Positions 1-11,924 of a stretch of DNA of 64,000 bases are shown here, one piece after another. How positions within the stretch are numbered: position 1 is the first letter of the stretch; every line of letters starts with the position of its first letter. The notes beneath the pieces are model-generated. The model saw nothing but the letters and a program-made list of their open reading frames with translations, was not told the origin of the DNA and made no database searches. The DNA is taken from positions 992,001 to 1,056,000 of the forward strand of contig OZ244044.1 of NCBI GenBank assembly GCA_965215275.1, given 5' to 3'. Made by a program: the position numbers and the translations under genes. This DNA is from Thermodesulfobacteriota bacterium (lineage in GTDB: Bacteria; Desulfobacterota_D; UBA1144; Nemesobacterales; JAJCZQ01).

Positions 1-1524
1 GCCATGGTCCGACTCGACCAGACAGATCAGGTTGGCGTCACCGGAATTATTGCTTGCGATCTCGTAGATAGCGGAATAGTTAAGTATCGCTGCTTCGATC
101 GTGCCGCATGGAAGAGAAGGATTATTCGCTCCCGAGTGGTACTCTTTTTCGCAAAACCAGTCCGGGTCAGGATATCCATGAAAATGCAGTATCGGCATAC
201 CGTCCTTTATCAGCTCAGGCGTGTACAGAGAGGCCGATAATGCCTGAGCCAGTATGACGTAAGTATCAAAAGAAGGTCTTACGTCCCTTCTGCTCAGATT
301 TATTCCAGACGGGACCTCCAGATAAAGTTTACCCTTGATCAGTCCCACTCTTACAATATCCGTCTTCGGATCAAGGGAAGTCTTGTCACATCCGGACCTT
401 GAGGTCACGACCCTTATATCCGGAACCTGCTGATAAACCACCTCTCCTTTGATCCTGGTCTTGACGTACCACCTGCCTTCGGAGTTCTTTCTCACGTAAT
501 CGCCGTTCATACCATCAACCGTGTCCAGTCCGTCCCACTCACTGCGGTCCAGTCTTTTCGGCCCGAAATACCTCGGGACCTCGGCAAGGGCGATAAAACC
601 ATATGACACCCCGGTCCGTCCATCAAGGATCTTGTTCACTATATCCCTGTGCGACCGTCTTCGTATCTTGTCACTGAACTTTGACCCTTTGGGAAAAAGT
701 TCAGTCTCTTTGAGGATCTTGCCGAGATCGCACAATCTTTCGGAATATTCATTGCTTTCAGAATCGAACTCTCCCTGTATAAATCTGTTAAGCACGGGAG
801 GTTTGATCGGGGCATATATCTTGGGGATCAGGGACTTTGAAACAAAGTCGTCCAGTTCTTCATGAACGTAAAGAGAATCGGACAGGTTCATGTTTACTAT
901 GGTGAACCTGCGGTCGGAAACCCCTATGACTATCTCGGACATGGTGGAGATAAGGTTGTTCAGACCTAATACTATCTTTCTGTCGTACGTGGTGGATTTG
1001 TCTTCAAATTCAGGGTTGAGGTTCGTCAGGGTAATTACCTGGGTGTTGAACGGGTCCTGAACGTGTTTTGCCGTAAAATCGTCCGCCCATCCGCTGATCT
1101 TTATAATGCTCATAACGGACCTTTCCGAATTTCTCACAAGTCCGTATATGCTTTCAGCTATACCGCTGAGCAGTTTCATGACCGACGACTGCTCCCTTTT
1201 CACATCAACTACCGCACTGATGTTCCTTTTGACCTTTCGTGAACTGAAGATCCTTGAGAGCATACCGTTGGACGTGTCCGCAGAAGTGGCCTCGTCCCAG
1301 GGTACGACCTCGACCCCGCTTTTTTTCAGACGTTCAAGGAGAGACCGCCTGAAGTTTACAATATCGGACTGATAGTACGGTTCAGGCAGGGGCCTGAAAG
1401 TAACCCTGACCTTTTCAGCCATATCTTCCGGTCTTTTGGGATTGACCATATCCTTGTTCAGCGGCATGCCGGACAGGGCAGTGATCGTGTCCATGTCCAG
1501 ATCAGCCAGGTGACCGTTATACAT
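1..1524 (-). CDS. Hypothetical protein, runs off the window edge (3' end missing); possible metal-binding HxH motif
   Basis: Not in the ORF track. Manual translation of the minus strand from ATG 1524 (GGAGG upstream) is open to position 1: MYNGHLADLDMDTITALSG...ILHFHGYP...LPCGTIEAA...VESDHG. Confidence 0.8.
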   Translation of the reverse strand, partial: MYNGHLADLDMDTITALSGMPLNKDMVNPKRPEDMAEKVRVTFRPLPEPYYQSDIVNFRRSLLERLKKSGVEVVPWDEATSADTSNGMLSRIFSSRKVKRNISAVVDVKREQSSVMKLLSGIAESIYGLVRNSERSVMSIIKISGWADDFTAKHVQDPFNTQVITLTNLNPEFEDKSTTYDRKIVLGLNNLISTMSEIVIGVSDRRFTIVNMNLSDSLYVHEELDDFVSKSLIPKIYAPIKPPVLNRFIQGEFDSESNEYSERLCDLGKILKETELFPKGSKFSDKIRRRSHRDIVNKILDGRTGVSYGFIALAEVPRYFGPKRLDRSEWDGLDTVDGMNGDYVRKNSEGRWYVKTRIKGEVVYQQVPDIRVVTSRSGCDKTSLDPKTDIVRVGLIKGKLYLEVPSGINLSRRDVRPSFDTYVILAQALSASLYTPELIKDGMPILHFHGYPDPDWFCEKEYHSGANNPSLPCGTIEAAILNYSAIYEIASNNSGDANLICLVESDHG

Positions 1525-1597
1525 TATTATCTTTTACAACCTCCAACGCTATTTATAATAACTGATTATAAATACAAAAACCTACAAGTAAAAAACT

Positions 1598-2326
1598 TCA
1601 TATCCTGTTCTCCGATCTGAGACGCTGGTCTATCACATCTTCCATGACGGTCTTGACCTTGCGTTCGAGCATTTCTCTTCCCTCTCTTCCCCGCGGCAGT
1701 TTGCTGACCTCTATCGGCTCAAGGACCCTGACCGTCATCATCTTATCGGATTCTACCTTAAATTCACCTTTCTTTCTAACGTGCATACCGCCCCATATGA
1801 CCATGGGAACGACCGGAACGCCCGAGAGCATCGCGATCAGAAATCCTCCTTTTTTAAACGGGAGCAATCTGCCATCCTTGCTTCTGGTACCTTCGGGTGC
1901 CAGGATTACGGACGGACCGTTCCTGATCTGCGAGACGATATTTCTCACCTCTCTGGTATCCTGTGACGAACCATCCCTGGCAACAAAGTAATGACCCGAG
2001 GCTTTTGCCACCCATCCGAGGAACGGCATGTGCAGCAGTTCCTTTTTCATAATCGCCTTCCACTCGATCGGGAGTGCGGCAGAAAAGGCCAGTATATCGA
2101 ACGAGCTCTGATGATTGTACATTATGATCGCCCTTTCCCGGGACAGGTTCTCCAGACCCTCCACGGACAGTTTCACGTTCCAGGCCCAGAGCATCGTTAT
2201 TCCCCATGGCCGGACGGCGTACCTGATCGCCAGCCGGTTAGAAAACAGGGACAGTACCAGTCCCGCTATTCCCCAGAACGTTGTCAGAAGACAGGACAGT
2301 ATATAACGAACTATGAACATAATCAC
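1598..2326 (-). CDS. plsC: 1-acyl-sn-glycerol-3-phosphate acyltransferase
   Basis: NHQSSFD (HX4D) and APEGTRS motifs, FKKGGF. Confidence 0.9.
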   Translation of the reverse strand: MIMFIVRYILSCLLTTFWGIAGLVLSLFSNRLAIRYAVRPWGITMLWAWNVKLSVEGLENLSRERAIIMYNHQSSFDILAFSAALPIEWKAIMKKELLHMPFLGWVAKASGHYFVARDGSSQDTREVRNIVSQIRNGPSVILAPEGTRSKDGRLLPFKKGGFLIAMLSGVPVVPMVIWGGMHVRKKGEFKVESDKMMTVRVLEPIEVSKLPRGREGREMLERKVKTVMEDVIDQRLRSENRI

Positions 2327-2412
2327 CTTAGAAGGATCACCCCTGAACGATCATCTGGTCATCCGCTACCGCTAATGTACCTGAAATATCAGACGGCAAC
2401 GGAAATATCAGA

Positions 2413-3309
2413 TCAGCTGCCCGTAACGAGCACCTTCAGTCCCTTTTTTGCAATACCTATATTATACGTTCCTCTTTTCATGATAAAAGGTTCTCCATCC
2501 ATATGAGCGGGGACTTCCCCGTCTATGGTCAGCTTTATCCTGTCCGATCTGACCATATTTACCTCACGTGCGTCAGTATGTCCGGCGTTCAGTACTTTAC
2601 CGAGCGTGACAAGCCTTCTGATCAGCTTCATGTCACTTATCAGATGCACGTCAAGCAGACCGTCCGTAACGCTTGCACCGGGAGCCAGCCTTATACCTCC
2701 CTGGGTCGGACCGTTAGAAGCTCCCGCCAGAAGGAATTTTCCCCTGTAAATCCTGCCGCCCGCGTTAACTTCCGCCTTGAACCCGGAAAAACCAAAGGCC
2801 TCGATCAGAGCCCCCGCAAGGTAGCCAAAGAAACCACCCAGAGATCTCAGTTTCTTAAACCTGTTAGCCACCGCGCCGTCCAGACCCACTCCCAGACCGT
2901 TTATAAAGCACCTGCCGTCAAGCTTTCCTATATCCACCGTTTTAACCTCTCCACTGACGACGTTCTCAAGTGCCGCCTTAAACTCAATGGGGATACCCAC
3001 GGTCCTTGAAAAATCATTGGCACTGCCGGACGGGACCGTCGTGAAGATAACGTCCCTGCCCTCTATCGCGTTCACTATCTCGCTCGACGTCCCGTCTCCT
3101 CCTACCGATACAACGTGCGAGAATCCGCTCTCTGCCGCGTCACCGGCAAATCTGCCCGCGTCACCTCTTCTGCCCGTATGCCGTATTTCATGATCAACTC
3201 CCCTGTCGTCCATAAACTCTTTTATCGGTCCCGCCCTGTCGCCGCCGGTACCGGAACCGGACGACGGATTGATTATAAACAGGAATTTATTATGTCTGCC
3301 GTTGTTCAT
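2413..3309 (-). CDS. Diacylglycerol/lipid kinase family protein (YegS/DAGK-like)
   Basis: INPSSG, GGDGT, GSANDF and MDGE motifs. Confidence 0.88.
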   Translation of the reverse strand: MNNGRHNKFLFIINPSSGSGTGGDRAGPIKEFMDDRGVDHEIRHTGRRGDAGRFAGDAAESGFSHVVSVGGDGTSSEIVNAIEGRDVIFTTVPSGSANDFSRTVGIPIEFKAALENVVSGEVKTVDIGKLDGRCFINGLGVGLDGAVANRFKKLRSLGGFFGYLAGALIEAFGFSGFKAEVNAGGRIYRGKFLLAGASNGPTQGGIRLAPGASVTDGLLDVHLISDMKLIRRLVTLGKVLNAGHTDAREVNMVRSDRIKLTIDGEVPAHMDGEPFIMKRGTYNIGIAKKGLKVLVTGS

Positions 3310-3429
3310 GATCAGGTTATTATATCCGTAACTTTATCAGTTACACCACAGAACGATACAGATGCCCTGCTTGATAAAAAAATTTTCTATGGTAATAAAG
3401 TCAGGTTAACTTTAACACAGGAGGAGATA

Positions 3430-4335
3430 ATGTCCGAAGAAGTTGAACAGAGTGAATCGATCGGCATGAAGCAGATGCTCGAAGCCGGTGTACACTTTGG
3501 CCATCAGAAAAGTCACTGGAACCCAAAGATGAAATCCTTCATTTTCGGGATCAGGAACGGTATTCATATAATCGACCTGCAGCAGACCCTGGGTCTGTTC
3601 GCACGGGCGAACAATTTTGTAAGGGACGTGGTAGGCGACGGCGGCAAGGTGCTTTTCGTGGGCACAAAGAAGCAGGCCCAGGGAATTGTGGCAGAAGAGG
3701 CCACGCGGTGTGAAATGCCCTACGTAAATACCAGATGGCTGGGAGGTACGCTGACGAACTTCAGTACCATAAGGTCCAGAGTGAATTACCTTCTTGAACT
3801 TAAAAAACTTGAAGAGGAAGGGCACATGGAACTGCTGTCCAAAAAAGAGGCAAAAACGCTTAAGAGGGAAATTCAGAAACTGGAACATATGATAGGCGGC
3901 ATTGTAAACATGCAGAGATACCCTTCTGCCGTCTTCGTTGTAGATTCACTTAAAGAATACATAGCGGTAAGGGAAGCAAGAACGCTTGGTATTCCCATAG
4001 TAGGGATCGTTGACACGAACTGTAATCCGAACGACGTGGATTATATCATCCCAAGTAACGATGACGCCATAAGGGCAATTAAACTGTTCGTTTCAAAAAT
4101 GGCGGACGCCTGCATAGAAGGAAAGCACATATACGAGCAGAAACTGATGTCCGGAACGATCGAAAAACCGGCAGAAGAAGAAACAAAGGTCGTGGTTGAG
4201 AGAAAGGTCTTTGTATTTAAAGAGTACGGAGAAGATAAAGACCAGGAAGAAGAATCCATATCCGTGGCCATTTCAGAAGGTTCAGACCCTAAAAAATCCA
4301 GCGAGAACAAGGAGAGATCACAGGAAGATGCCTAA
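3430..4335 (+). CDS. rpsB: 30S ribosomal protein S2
   Basis: MLEAGVHFGHQ, RWLGGTLTN, NDDAIRAI; start moved to ATG 3430 after a GAGGAG RBS. Confidence 0.97.
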   Translation: MSEEVEQSESIGMKQMLEAGVHFGHQKSHWNPKMKSFIFGIRNGIHIIDLQQTLGLFARANNFVRDVVGDGGKVLFVGTKKQAQGIVAEEATRCEMPYVNTRWLGGTLTNFSTIRSRVNYLLELKKLEEEGHMELLSKKEAKTLKREIQKLEHMIGGIVNMQRYPSAVFVVDSLKEYIAVREARTLGIPIVGIVDTNCNPNDVDYIIPSNDDAIRAIKLFVSKMADACIEGKHIYEQKLMSGTIEKPAEEETKVVVERKVFVFKEYGEDKDQEEESISVAISEGSDPKKSSENKERSQEDA

Positions 4336-4942
4336 CGTTACCACGGCCAAGATGGTCAAAGAGCTGAGAGATCAGACAGGAGCTCCCTTTATAGACTGCA
4401 GGAACGCCCTGAACGATTCAGAGGGGGACCCGGATAAAGCCCTCGAGATCCTTAAGATCAAAGGGGTCGCCAAAGCACTGAAGAAAGTGGGAAGGGACAC
4501 CCCGGAAGGAGTTATAACCTCCTATGTACACGCGGGAGGCAAGATCGGTGTAATGCTAGAGCTTAACTGCGAGACCGATTTTGTCGCAAGGAACGAAGAG
4601 TTTCAGAAGCTTTCCAAGGAAATAGCCATGCAGATAGCCGCCTCCAACCCCATTTACCTGTCACGGGAACACGTGCCGGAGGACGTGCTGGAAAAGGAAA
4701 GGAGTATAATCAAGGCACAGATGGAAGAAGCGGGGGAGAAAAAGGAAGCCAGGATAGTGGAAAAGATGATAGAGGGCAGGATGAACAAGTTCTTTGAGGA
4801 AGCATGTCTTTCAGAGCAGGCCTATATAAGGGAACCCAAGACAAAGATAAACGACCTTATCCAGAACACGATAGCCAAAGTGGGTGAGAACATAGTGATC
4901 AGAAGATTTATCAGATATCAGCTGGGAGAACCTGCCAGTTAA
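4328..4942 (+). CDS. tsf: Elongation factor Ts (short form)
   Basis: VKELRDQTGA, ELNCETDFVARN; follows rpsB. Confidence 0.96.
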   Translation: MPNVTTAKMVKELRDQTGAPFIDCRNALNDSEGDPDKALEILKIKGVAKALKKVGRDTPEGVITSYVHAGGKIGVMLELNCETDFVARNEEFQKLSKEIAMQIAASNPIYLSREHVPEDVLEKERSIIKAQMEEAGEKKEARIVEKMIEGRMNKFFEEACLSEQAYIREPKTKINDLIQNTIAKVGENIVIRRFIRYQLGEPAS

Positions 4943-5689
<747 letters not shown>

Positions 5690-5691
5690 TA

Positions 5692-6258
5692 ATGTACGAC
5701 GAAATAACCATGTACCTGGAAGATGCCGACGAGAGGATGAACAAGACCGTCAGCATGCTCAGGCAGGAACTCAACAAGGTGCGCACGGGCAGGGCATCAT
5801 CGGCACTCGTAGCCGATATAGTAGCCAATTATTACGGCAACCCGACCCAGCTGAACCAGATGGCCAATATTACAATACCGGACCCAAGCTCCATCGTGAT
5901 ACAGCCCTGGGACGAATCCAGCCTGGAGAACATCGAAAAGGCAATTATAAGATCCGACCTGGGAATAACCCCTTTTAACGACGGCAAGATAATCAGGCTG
6001 AGCGTTCCTCCGCTCAGCGAGGAAAGAAGAAAGGAACTGGTGAAACACGCGTCCAAAGTCGCCGAGGATCATAAGGTGGCAGTAAGACAGATCAGAAAAG
6101 ATACCAACAATCACGTAAAGGATACAAAAAAGAGCGACAACGTGCCAGAGGACGTTATAACGAAAAACCTTACGAAAGTTCAGGACATGACGGATAAAAA
6201 GATCAGTGAGATAGACGGGATCTTTCAAAAAAAGCAGAAAGACATACTGGAGATATAG
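5692..6258 (+). CDS. frr: Ribosome recycling factor
   Basis: RTGRAS, PPLSEERRKELVK; synteny. Confidence 0.97.
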   Translation: MYDEITMYLEDADERMNKTVSMLRQELNKVRTGRASSALVADIVANYYGNPTQLNQMANITIPDPSSIVIQPWDESSLENIEKAIIRSDLGITPFNDGKIIRLSVPPLSEERRKELVKHASKVAEDHKVAVRQIRKDTNNHVKDTKKSDNVPEDVITKNLTKVQDMTDKKISEIDGIFQKKQKDILEI

Positions 6259-6273
6259 AACCTCGCGGCCTGT

Positions 6274-7611
<1,338 letters not shown>

Positions 7612-7713
7612 TTACTTTTGAAGCAAGTTGCATATAATTCCCTGTGGTTTACAAATTGATCGAGAAGTACTTTATGTTTCAGGTACTTTCCATATAGATC
7701 TGAAGGAGACGAG

Positions 7714-8433
7714 ATGAAGGAACTCAACAACGGAGTGGAAATAACCTATTTTGGTCATGCAACGTTTTCGGTAAGGTCGCCGGGCGGTATCAATATACTT
7801 ATAGATCCCTGGACCGAAGGTAACCCTCTGTGCCCCGAGCAGCTTAAAAACCCTGAGAACGTTGATGTGATAGCGATAACTCACGGTCATCAGGACCACA
7901 CGGGCGATCTGATCAGAATTGCCAATAACTGCAACTCTTTCGTTATATCCACTTACGAAATAAACCAGTGGATTTCCAGACAAGGCGTCAAAAGATGCCT
8001 TCCAATAAACAAAGGGGGCTCACAGTCATTTAAGGGAATTAAGTTCATAATGACCCACGCACAACACAGCAGCAGCATTGAGACAGAAGACGGTTCCTTA
8101 ATATACGCCGGAGAACCTGGCGGCTACATAATTAAACTGGAAGATGGCTTCACGATCTATCACGCCGGGGACACGAACTTGTTCGGAGATATGAAATTAA
8201 TAGGTGAGATATATGGTCCCGACCTGGTTATGTTGCCAATAGGTGACGTTTTTACGATGTCACCTTTTGAAGCTTCTCATGCCTGCAGACTTTTAAGACC
8301 TGAATACGCCATACCCATGCACTACGGCACGTTCCCCATACTCACTGGAAAACCCAGCGAACTTGCAAAGCTGACAGAAGACGTTGAAGGACTGAAGGTA
8401 CTGGAATTAAAACCAGGAGAAACGCTTAAGTAG
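7714..8433 (+). CDS. Metal-dependent hydrolase, metallo-beta-lactamase fold (UPF0173-like)
   Basis: THGHQDH, YHAGDT, IPMHYGTF. Confidence 0.9.
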   Translation: MKELNNGVEITYFGHATFSVRSPGGINILIDPWTEGNPLCPEQLKNPENVDVIAITHGHQDHTGDLIRIANNCNSFVISTYEINQWISRQGVKRCLPINKGGSQSFKGIKFIMTHAQHSSSIETEDGSLIYAGEPGGYIIKLEDGFTIYHAGDTNLFGDMKLIGEIYGPDLVMLPIGDVFTMSPFEASHACRLLRPEYAIPMHYGTFPILTGKPSELAKLTEDVEGLKVLELKPGETLK

Positions 8434-8448
8434 CAGAAGAAGGGTGCC

Positions 8449-9126
8449 ATGAATAAAAAGATCATCTTGTTCTTAATACTTGCCGTGACAGTAACGGCTG
8501 CGTCCTGTGGTACAAAAAATATCCGCAGTGCGTCCGCCAAGCAGCTCTACGCAGACGCCACGAACGAGCTTTACAACAAAAAAAGCGGGTTTCCCTGGAT
8601 ATTTACCGGTCCAAATTACGATATAATACTGGAAACCCTGAAAGAAATAAGGCTCAGGTACACGTTCAGTCCCTTTGCCACCCTGGCAGAGATCAGAACC
8701 GCTGATACTTATTTCAGGCAGGGAAAATACAGTCAGGCCATCATAGAATACGGGCAGTTTTTAAGAGATCATCCGGGACACAATGAATACTCGCACGCTT
8801 TATACCAGCTGGCAATGTCAAACTATGAACTGAGGAACCCGAAGGACAGGGAACCAACGTTCACCCGAAATGCAATTGCGAGATTTGGAGAATTCATAAA
8901 AAGATACCCTGGGTCTGAACTGGTATCCGAGGCAGAAGAGAATATCATCGAATGCAAAGAGATACTTGCCGCAAGAGAAATACATATAGGAAAGTTTTAT
9001 CTTAAGAAAAAGAACTATAAGGCCTCGTTAGAAAGATTTAAACTTGTTCTGAAACAGTATCCAGATACAGAATACTACGATGAGGCCATGCGGCTTATAG
9101 CAAAAATACCGAAGGAAACAGAATGA
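8449..9126 (+). CDS. bamD: Outer membrane assembly lipoprotein BamD
   Basis: Lipobox AASC, TPR-like helices, YPGS, LAAREIHIGKFY. Confidence 0.85.
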   Translation: MNKKIILFLILAVTVTAASCGTKNIRSASAKQLYADATNELYNKKSGFPWIFTGPNYDIILETLKEIRLRYTFSPFATLAEIRTADTYFRQGKYSQAIIEYGQFLRDHPGHNEYSHALYQLAMSNYELRNPKDREPTFTRNAIARFGEFIKRYPGSELVSEAEENIIECKEILAAREIHIGKFYLKKKNYKASLERFKLVLKQYPDTEYYDEAMRLIAKIPKETE

Positions 9127-9237
9127 AATTCAATAATACAGAAACCGCTCCGTCTTGTAATTTTTTTAAAATATATAAATACAATAAAAATAATTATATA
9201 TTTTAAAAACTCCTGAACTATGTTAGAGATTTTTATT

Positions 9238-9335
9238 TTAAACTCTAATATATTTACCTAATACAAAACTATGAATAACTCCATTATTACCTTTTCTAAC
9301 ATATTAAATCATATTATCTACAACATCTTTGAAGG
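9238..9335 (-). pseudogene. Remnant 3' end of a HicB-like gene, paralog of 14427..14786
   Basis: Minus strand reads FKDVVDNMI*YVRKGNNGVIHSFVLGKYIRV* versus FKEVIDDLIQDTKKYNNGIIHSFVLGREVRV*. Confidence 0.7.
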
Positions 9336-9481
9336 AAATTGTAAATGAATGGTATAAATTTTTTAGGATATGTATTAGGTATATTTATTACCAGTAATTA
9401 TTCTTGTTGCAGGTGCAATAGGGTCGGCAATTTTTGATTTATTAGGTTTTTAAATAATAAAAAACAAGGAGGAATAGTCAG

Positions 9482-10025
9482 TTGAATAAGAATACTACTT
9501 CTACCCCCCCCCATCAAATACGCTATTTTATGGCGATTGTTTAGATGTAATGCAACAATGGTCAGAGGGTTTTGTTGACCTGTGCTATCTTGATCCACCT
9601 TTTAACTCTAAAACAAACTACAATATCTTATTTGGAAAACAAAGTAACAATAAAGCTCAAGCCATTGCTTTTAAAGATACATGGTTTTGGGATGATAAAG
9701 CACTTGAACGAGTAAGTAAGATAAAAAAAGCCGTAGGTCATGGTGCTCATCAGTCTATAACTGGATTACATTTTATACTTGGAGATTGTGGAATGATTTC
9801 TTATCTCTCTTATATGGCTGAAAGACTTATTGAAATTAGAAGAATATTAAAATCTACTGGTAGCATATATCTTCATTGCGACCCAACAGCTTCTCATTAC
9901 CTCAAGGTTATTTTAGATGATGTTTTTGGACAGAAAAATTTCAGAAACGAGATTATTTGGTGTTACACAACCCCTGCAAATGTAAAAAGATATTTTCCGA
10001 GGAAAACAGACACTATATTATTTTA
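9482..10025 (+). pseudogene. 5' part of an amino-DNA methyltransferase / Mrr-like endonuclease fusion; frameshifted at a C9 tract and interrupted by IS1595
   Basis: GGAGG RBS then TTG 9482; NTLFYGDCL lies in the other frame after C9 (9504-9512); YLDPPFNS, YLHCD; ends at the IS target duplication. Confidence 0.85.
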
Positions 10026-10121
10026 GGGAATAATATACTTTGTTCGCCAAGAAAGTAAACAGAAAATACTTGACTGTTTTGAAATAAATGATACAATATT
10101 CGCCATAAAGGAGAATAAATC

Positions 10122-11075
10122 ATGAGTAAGAACAGTAAGAAATCATCAACAGGTAAAATAAGTATAGTTCAGTTTTTTAAGAAGTTTCCAGATGAGGATT
10201 CAGCAAGAATATGGTTTGAAGAGCAGAAATGGGGTAAAGACAGTAAAGACCGATACTGTCCTCACTGCGGGAGTTTTAACACTGCATCTGTTAAGCATAG
10301 AATGCCGTATAGGTGTAGGGATTGCCGTAAACATTTCAGTATAAGAAGTAAAAGTATATTGTCTGACAGCAATGTTTCTTTTCAAAACTGGCTATTAGCT
10401 ATATACTTGATAACTACCAATCTTAAAGGAGTATCCAGCCATAAACTGGGAAGGGATTTAGAGGTAACACAAAAGACAGCTTGGTTTTTAGGTCACAGGA
10501 TAAGAGAGGCATTTAACGATCAGTCAGATGCAAAGATGTTAGAACCAATAGAGATGGATGAGACCTATGTCGGTGGTTTAGAGAGGAACAAGCATGCCAG
10601 TAAGAAGGTAGAGGGAACACAGGGTAGAAGCACTAAAACTAAATCTGCGGTAGTAGGTATTAAGTCCAGAGTGGATAAGAAGGTTAAAGCAAAGGTAACT
10701 GAAACCGTTAAAAGTGATGAACTACATAAAATGATCAAGGAAACAGTTACAGACGGGTCAACAGTTTATACAGACGAGAACAGAGGGTATAGTGGACTGA
10801 ATAAGAAGGGGTATAAACACAAGACAGTTAATCACGGAGTAGGTGAATATATCAAGGAACAAGCACATACCAATGGGATAGAAAGTTTCTGGTCAATGCT
10901 TAAAAGAGGTTTTATCGGAGTGTATCATAAGATGTCCAGGAAACACCTGCAACGCTACATTAATGAGTATGTAGGTAGACATAATATTAGACCATTACCA
11001 ACTATGGATCAGATGAAAATTATATTTAAGGGATTAGAAGGAAAGAGATTGAAGTATAAAGAATTGATTAGTTAA
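10122..11075 (+). CDS. IS1595-family DDE transposase
   Basis: Zn ribbon CPHC...CRDC, EMDETY, VYTDE, HTNGIESFWS, RYINEY; no stops or frameshifts. Confidence 0.95.
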   Translation: MSKNSKKSSTGKISIVQFFKKFPDEDSARIWFEEQKWGKDSKDRYCPHCGSFNTASVKHRMPYRCRDCRKHFSIRSKSILSDSNVSFQNWLLAIYLITTNLKGVSSHKLGRDLEVTQKTAWFLGHRIREAFNDQSDAKMLEPIEMDETYVGGLERNKHASKKVEGTQGRSTKTKSAVVGIKSRVDKKVKAKVTETVKSDELHKMIKETVTDGSTVYTDENRGYSGLNKKGYKHKTVNHGVGEYIKEQAHTNGIESFWSMLKRGFIGVYHKMSRKHLQRYINEYVGRHNIRPLPTMDQMKIIFKGLEGKRLKYKELIS

Positions 11076-11135
11076 ATGGTTGACTAAGCATTCACGGTTT
11101 GATATAAGGTTGTTTAAGTATTAAGGAGAAAAGAA

Positions 11136-11924
11136 ATTATAAACTTAAACCCAACCGATTTTAAAAACTATAGGAAGGATTTAGGATTTACTAACCAAGA
11201 GAAAGCAAAAAGGTTTTTAGCTGCAAAAGATTTAGTTGCTGATATTGATTTTAAGTATCTTGAAAAGTTAAATGACAGAATATTTGAAATAGTTGGTAGG
11301 TTAAATTCTATTATTGCTGAAAATATACGGCATAAAGATATTTACAAGTTTAAAGAATATAATATAGATAAACCTTATAAAATATTAAGGGATAATAGAA
11401 AAATCCAAGTTATGAATAATCTTGGCAGAAGACCCGAGCAAACAACTTTTTCTTGGTTAAGGGGATATGTTATTTTACAATTTTTTCTTCCAGCAATTGA
11501 ATATATTTTTGAAGGAAAAGATATTAAAAACATAGGAGATGATGATTTATATAATATAAAGAAATTTAAAAAAACTCCTACTGCGGATTTAGAGGTAAAT
11601 GACGGTAGAAATAAAATACGATTAGAAATTCAATCAGGTTTTCAAGGGATTAATGATATTAAGCAACATAAAGTGTTGGAAGCACAAAGAAAGTTTAGAG
11701 ATGAAGGGATACCTACTATTGCTATTCATTTTGATATTTTTAATGGACAAACTGCTTTTGTAAGAATAGATAAAATTGCTGATGATGATTTAGGATGGAT
11801 TACAAGACAACAGATGGAAGGTCAAACTGTTTTTGAAATAGACCAAAACAATTTTTTATGGTATCTGCCACATAAAGTACCAACTATATCTGATCTAAAA
11901 CCAGTATTAGATGATGCAATATAA
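11136..11924 (+). CDS. Putative Type II restriction endonuclease (PD-(D/E)xK-like), non-canonical ATT/ATA start
   Basis: Frame is open from the stop at 11115-11117; AAGGAG at 11123-11128; ADLEV...LEIQSG; overlaps the C5 MTase gene. Confidence 0.7.
   Translation: MINLNPTDFKNYRKDLGFTNQEKAKRFLAAKDLVADIDFKYLEKLNDRIFEIVGRLNSIIAENIRHKDIYKFKEYNIDKPYKILRDNRKIQVMNNLGRRPEQTTFSWLRGYVILQFFLPAIEYIFEGKDIKNIGDDDLYNIKKFKKTPTADLEVNDGRNKIRLEIQSGFQGINDIKQHKVLEAQRKFRDEGIPTIAIHFDIFNGQTAFVRIDKIADDDLGWITRQQMEGQTVFEIDQNNFLWYLPHKVPTISDLKPVLDDAI

Noticed and set aside
4..1372. Plus-strand ORFs 4..240, 521..865, 1106..1372, and the many short antisense ORFs over housekeeping genes
   Set aside because: They are shadows of longer genes on the opposite strand and have no motifs of their own.
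3115..3429. N-terminal extension of rpsB (similar extensions for tsf, secA, trpE, trpG, tadA)
   Set aside because: They overlap neighbouring genes or precede the conserved N-terminus; downstream starts fit better.
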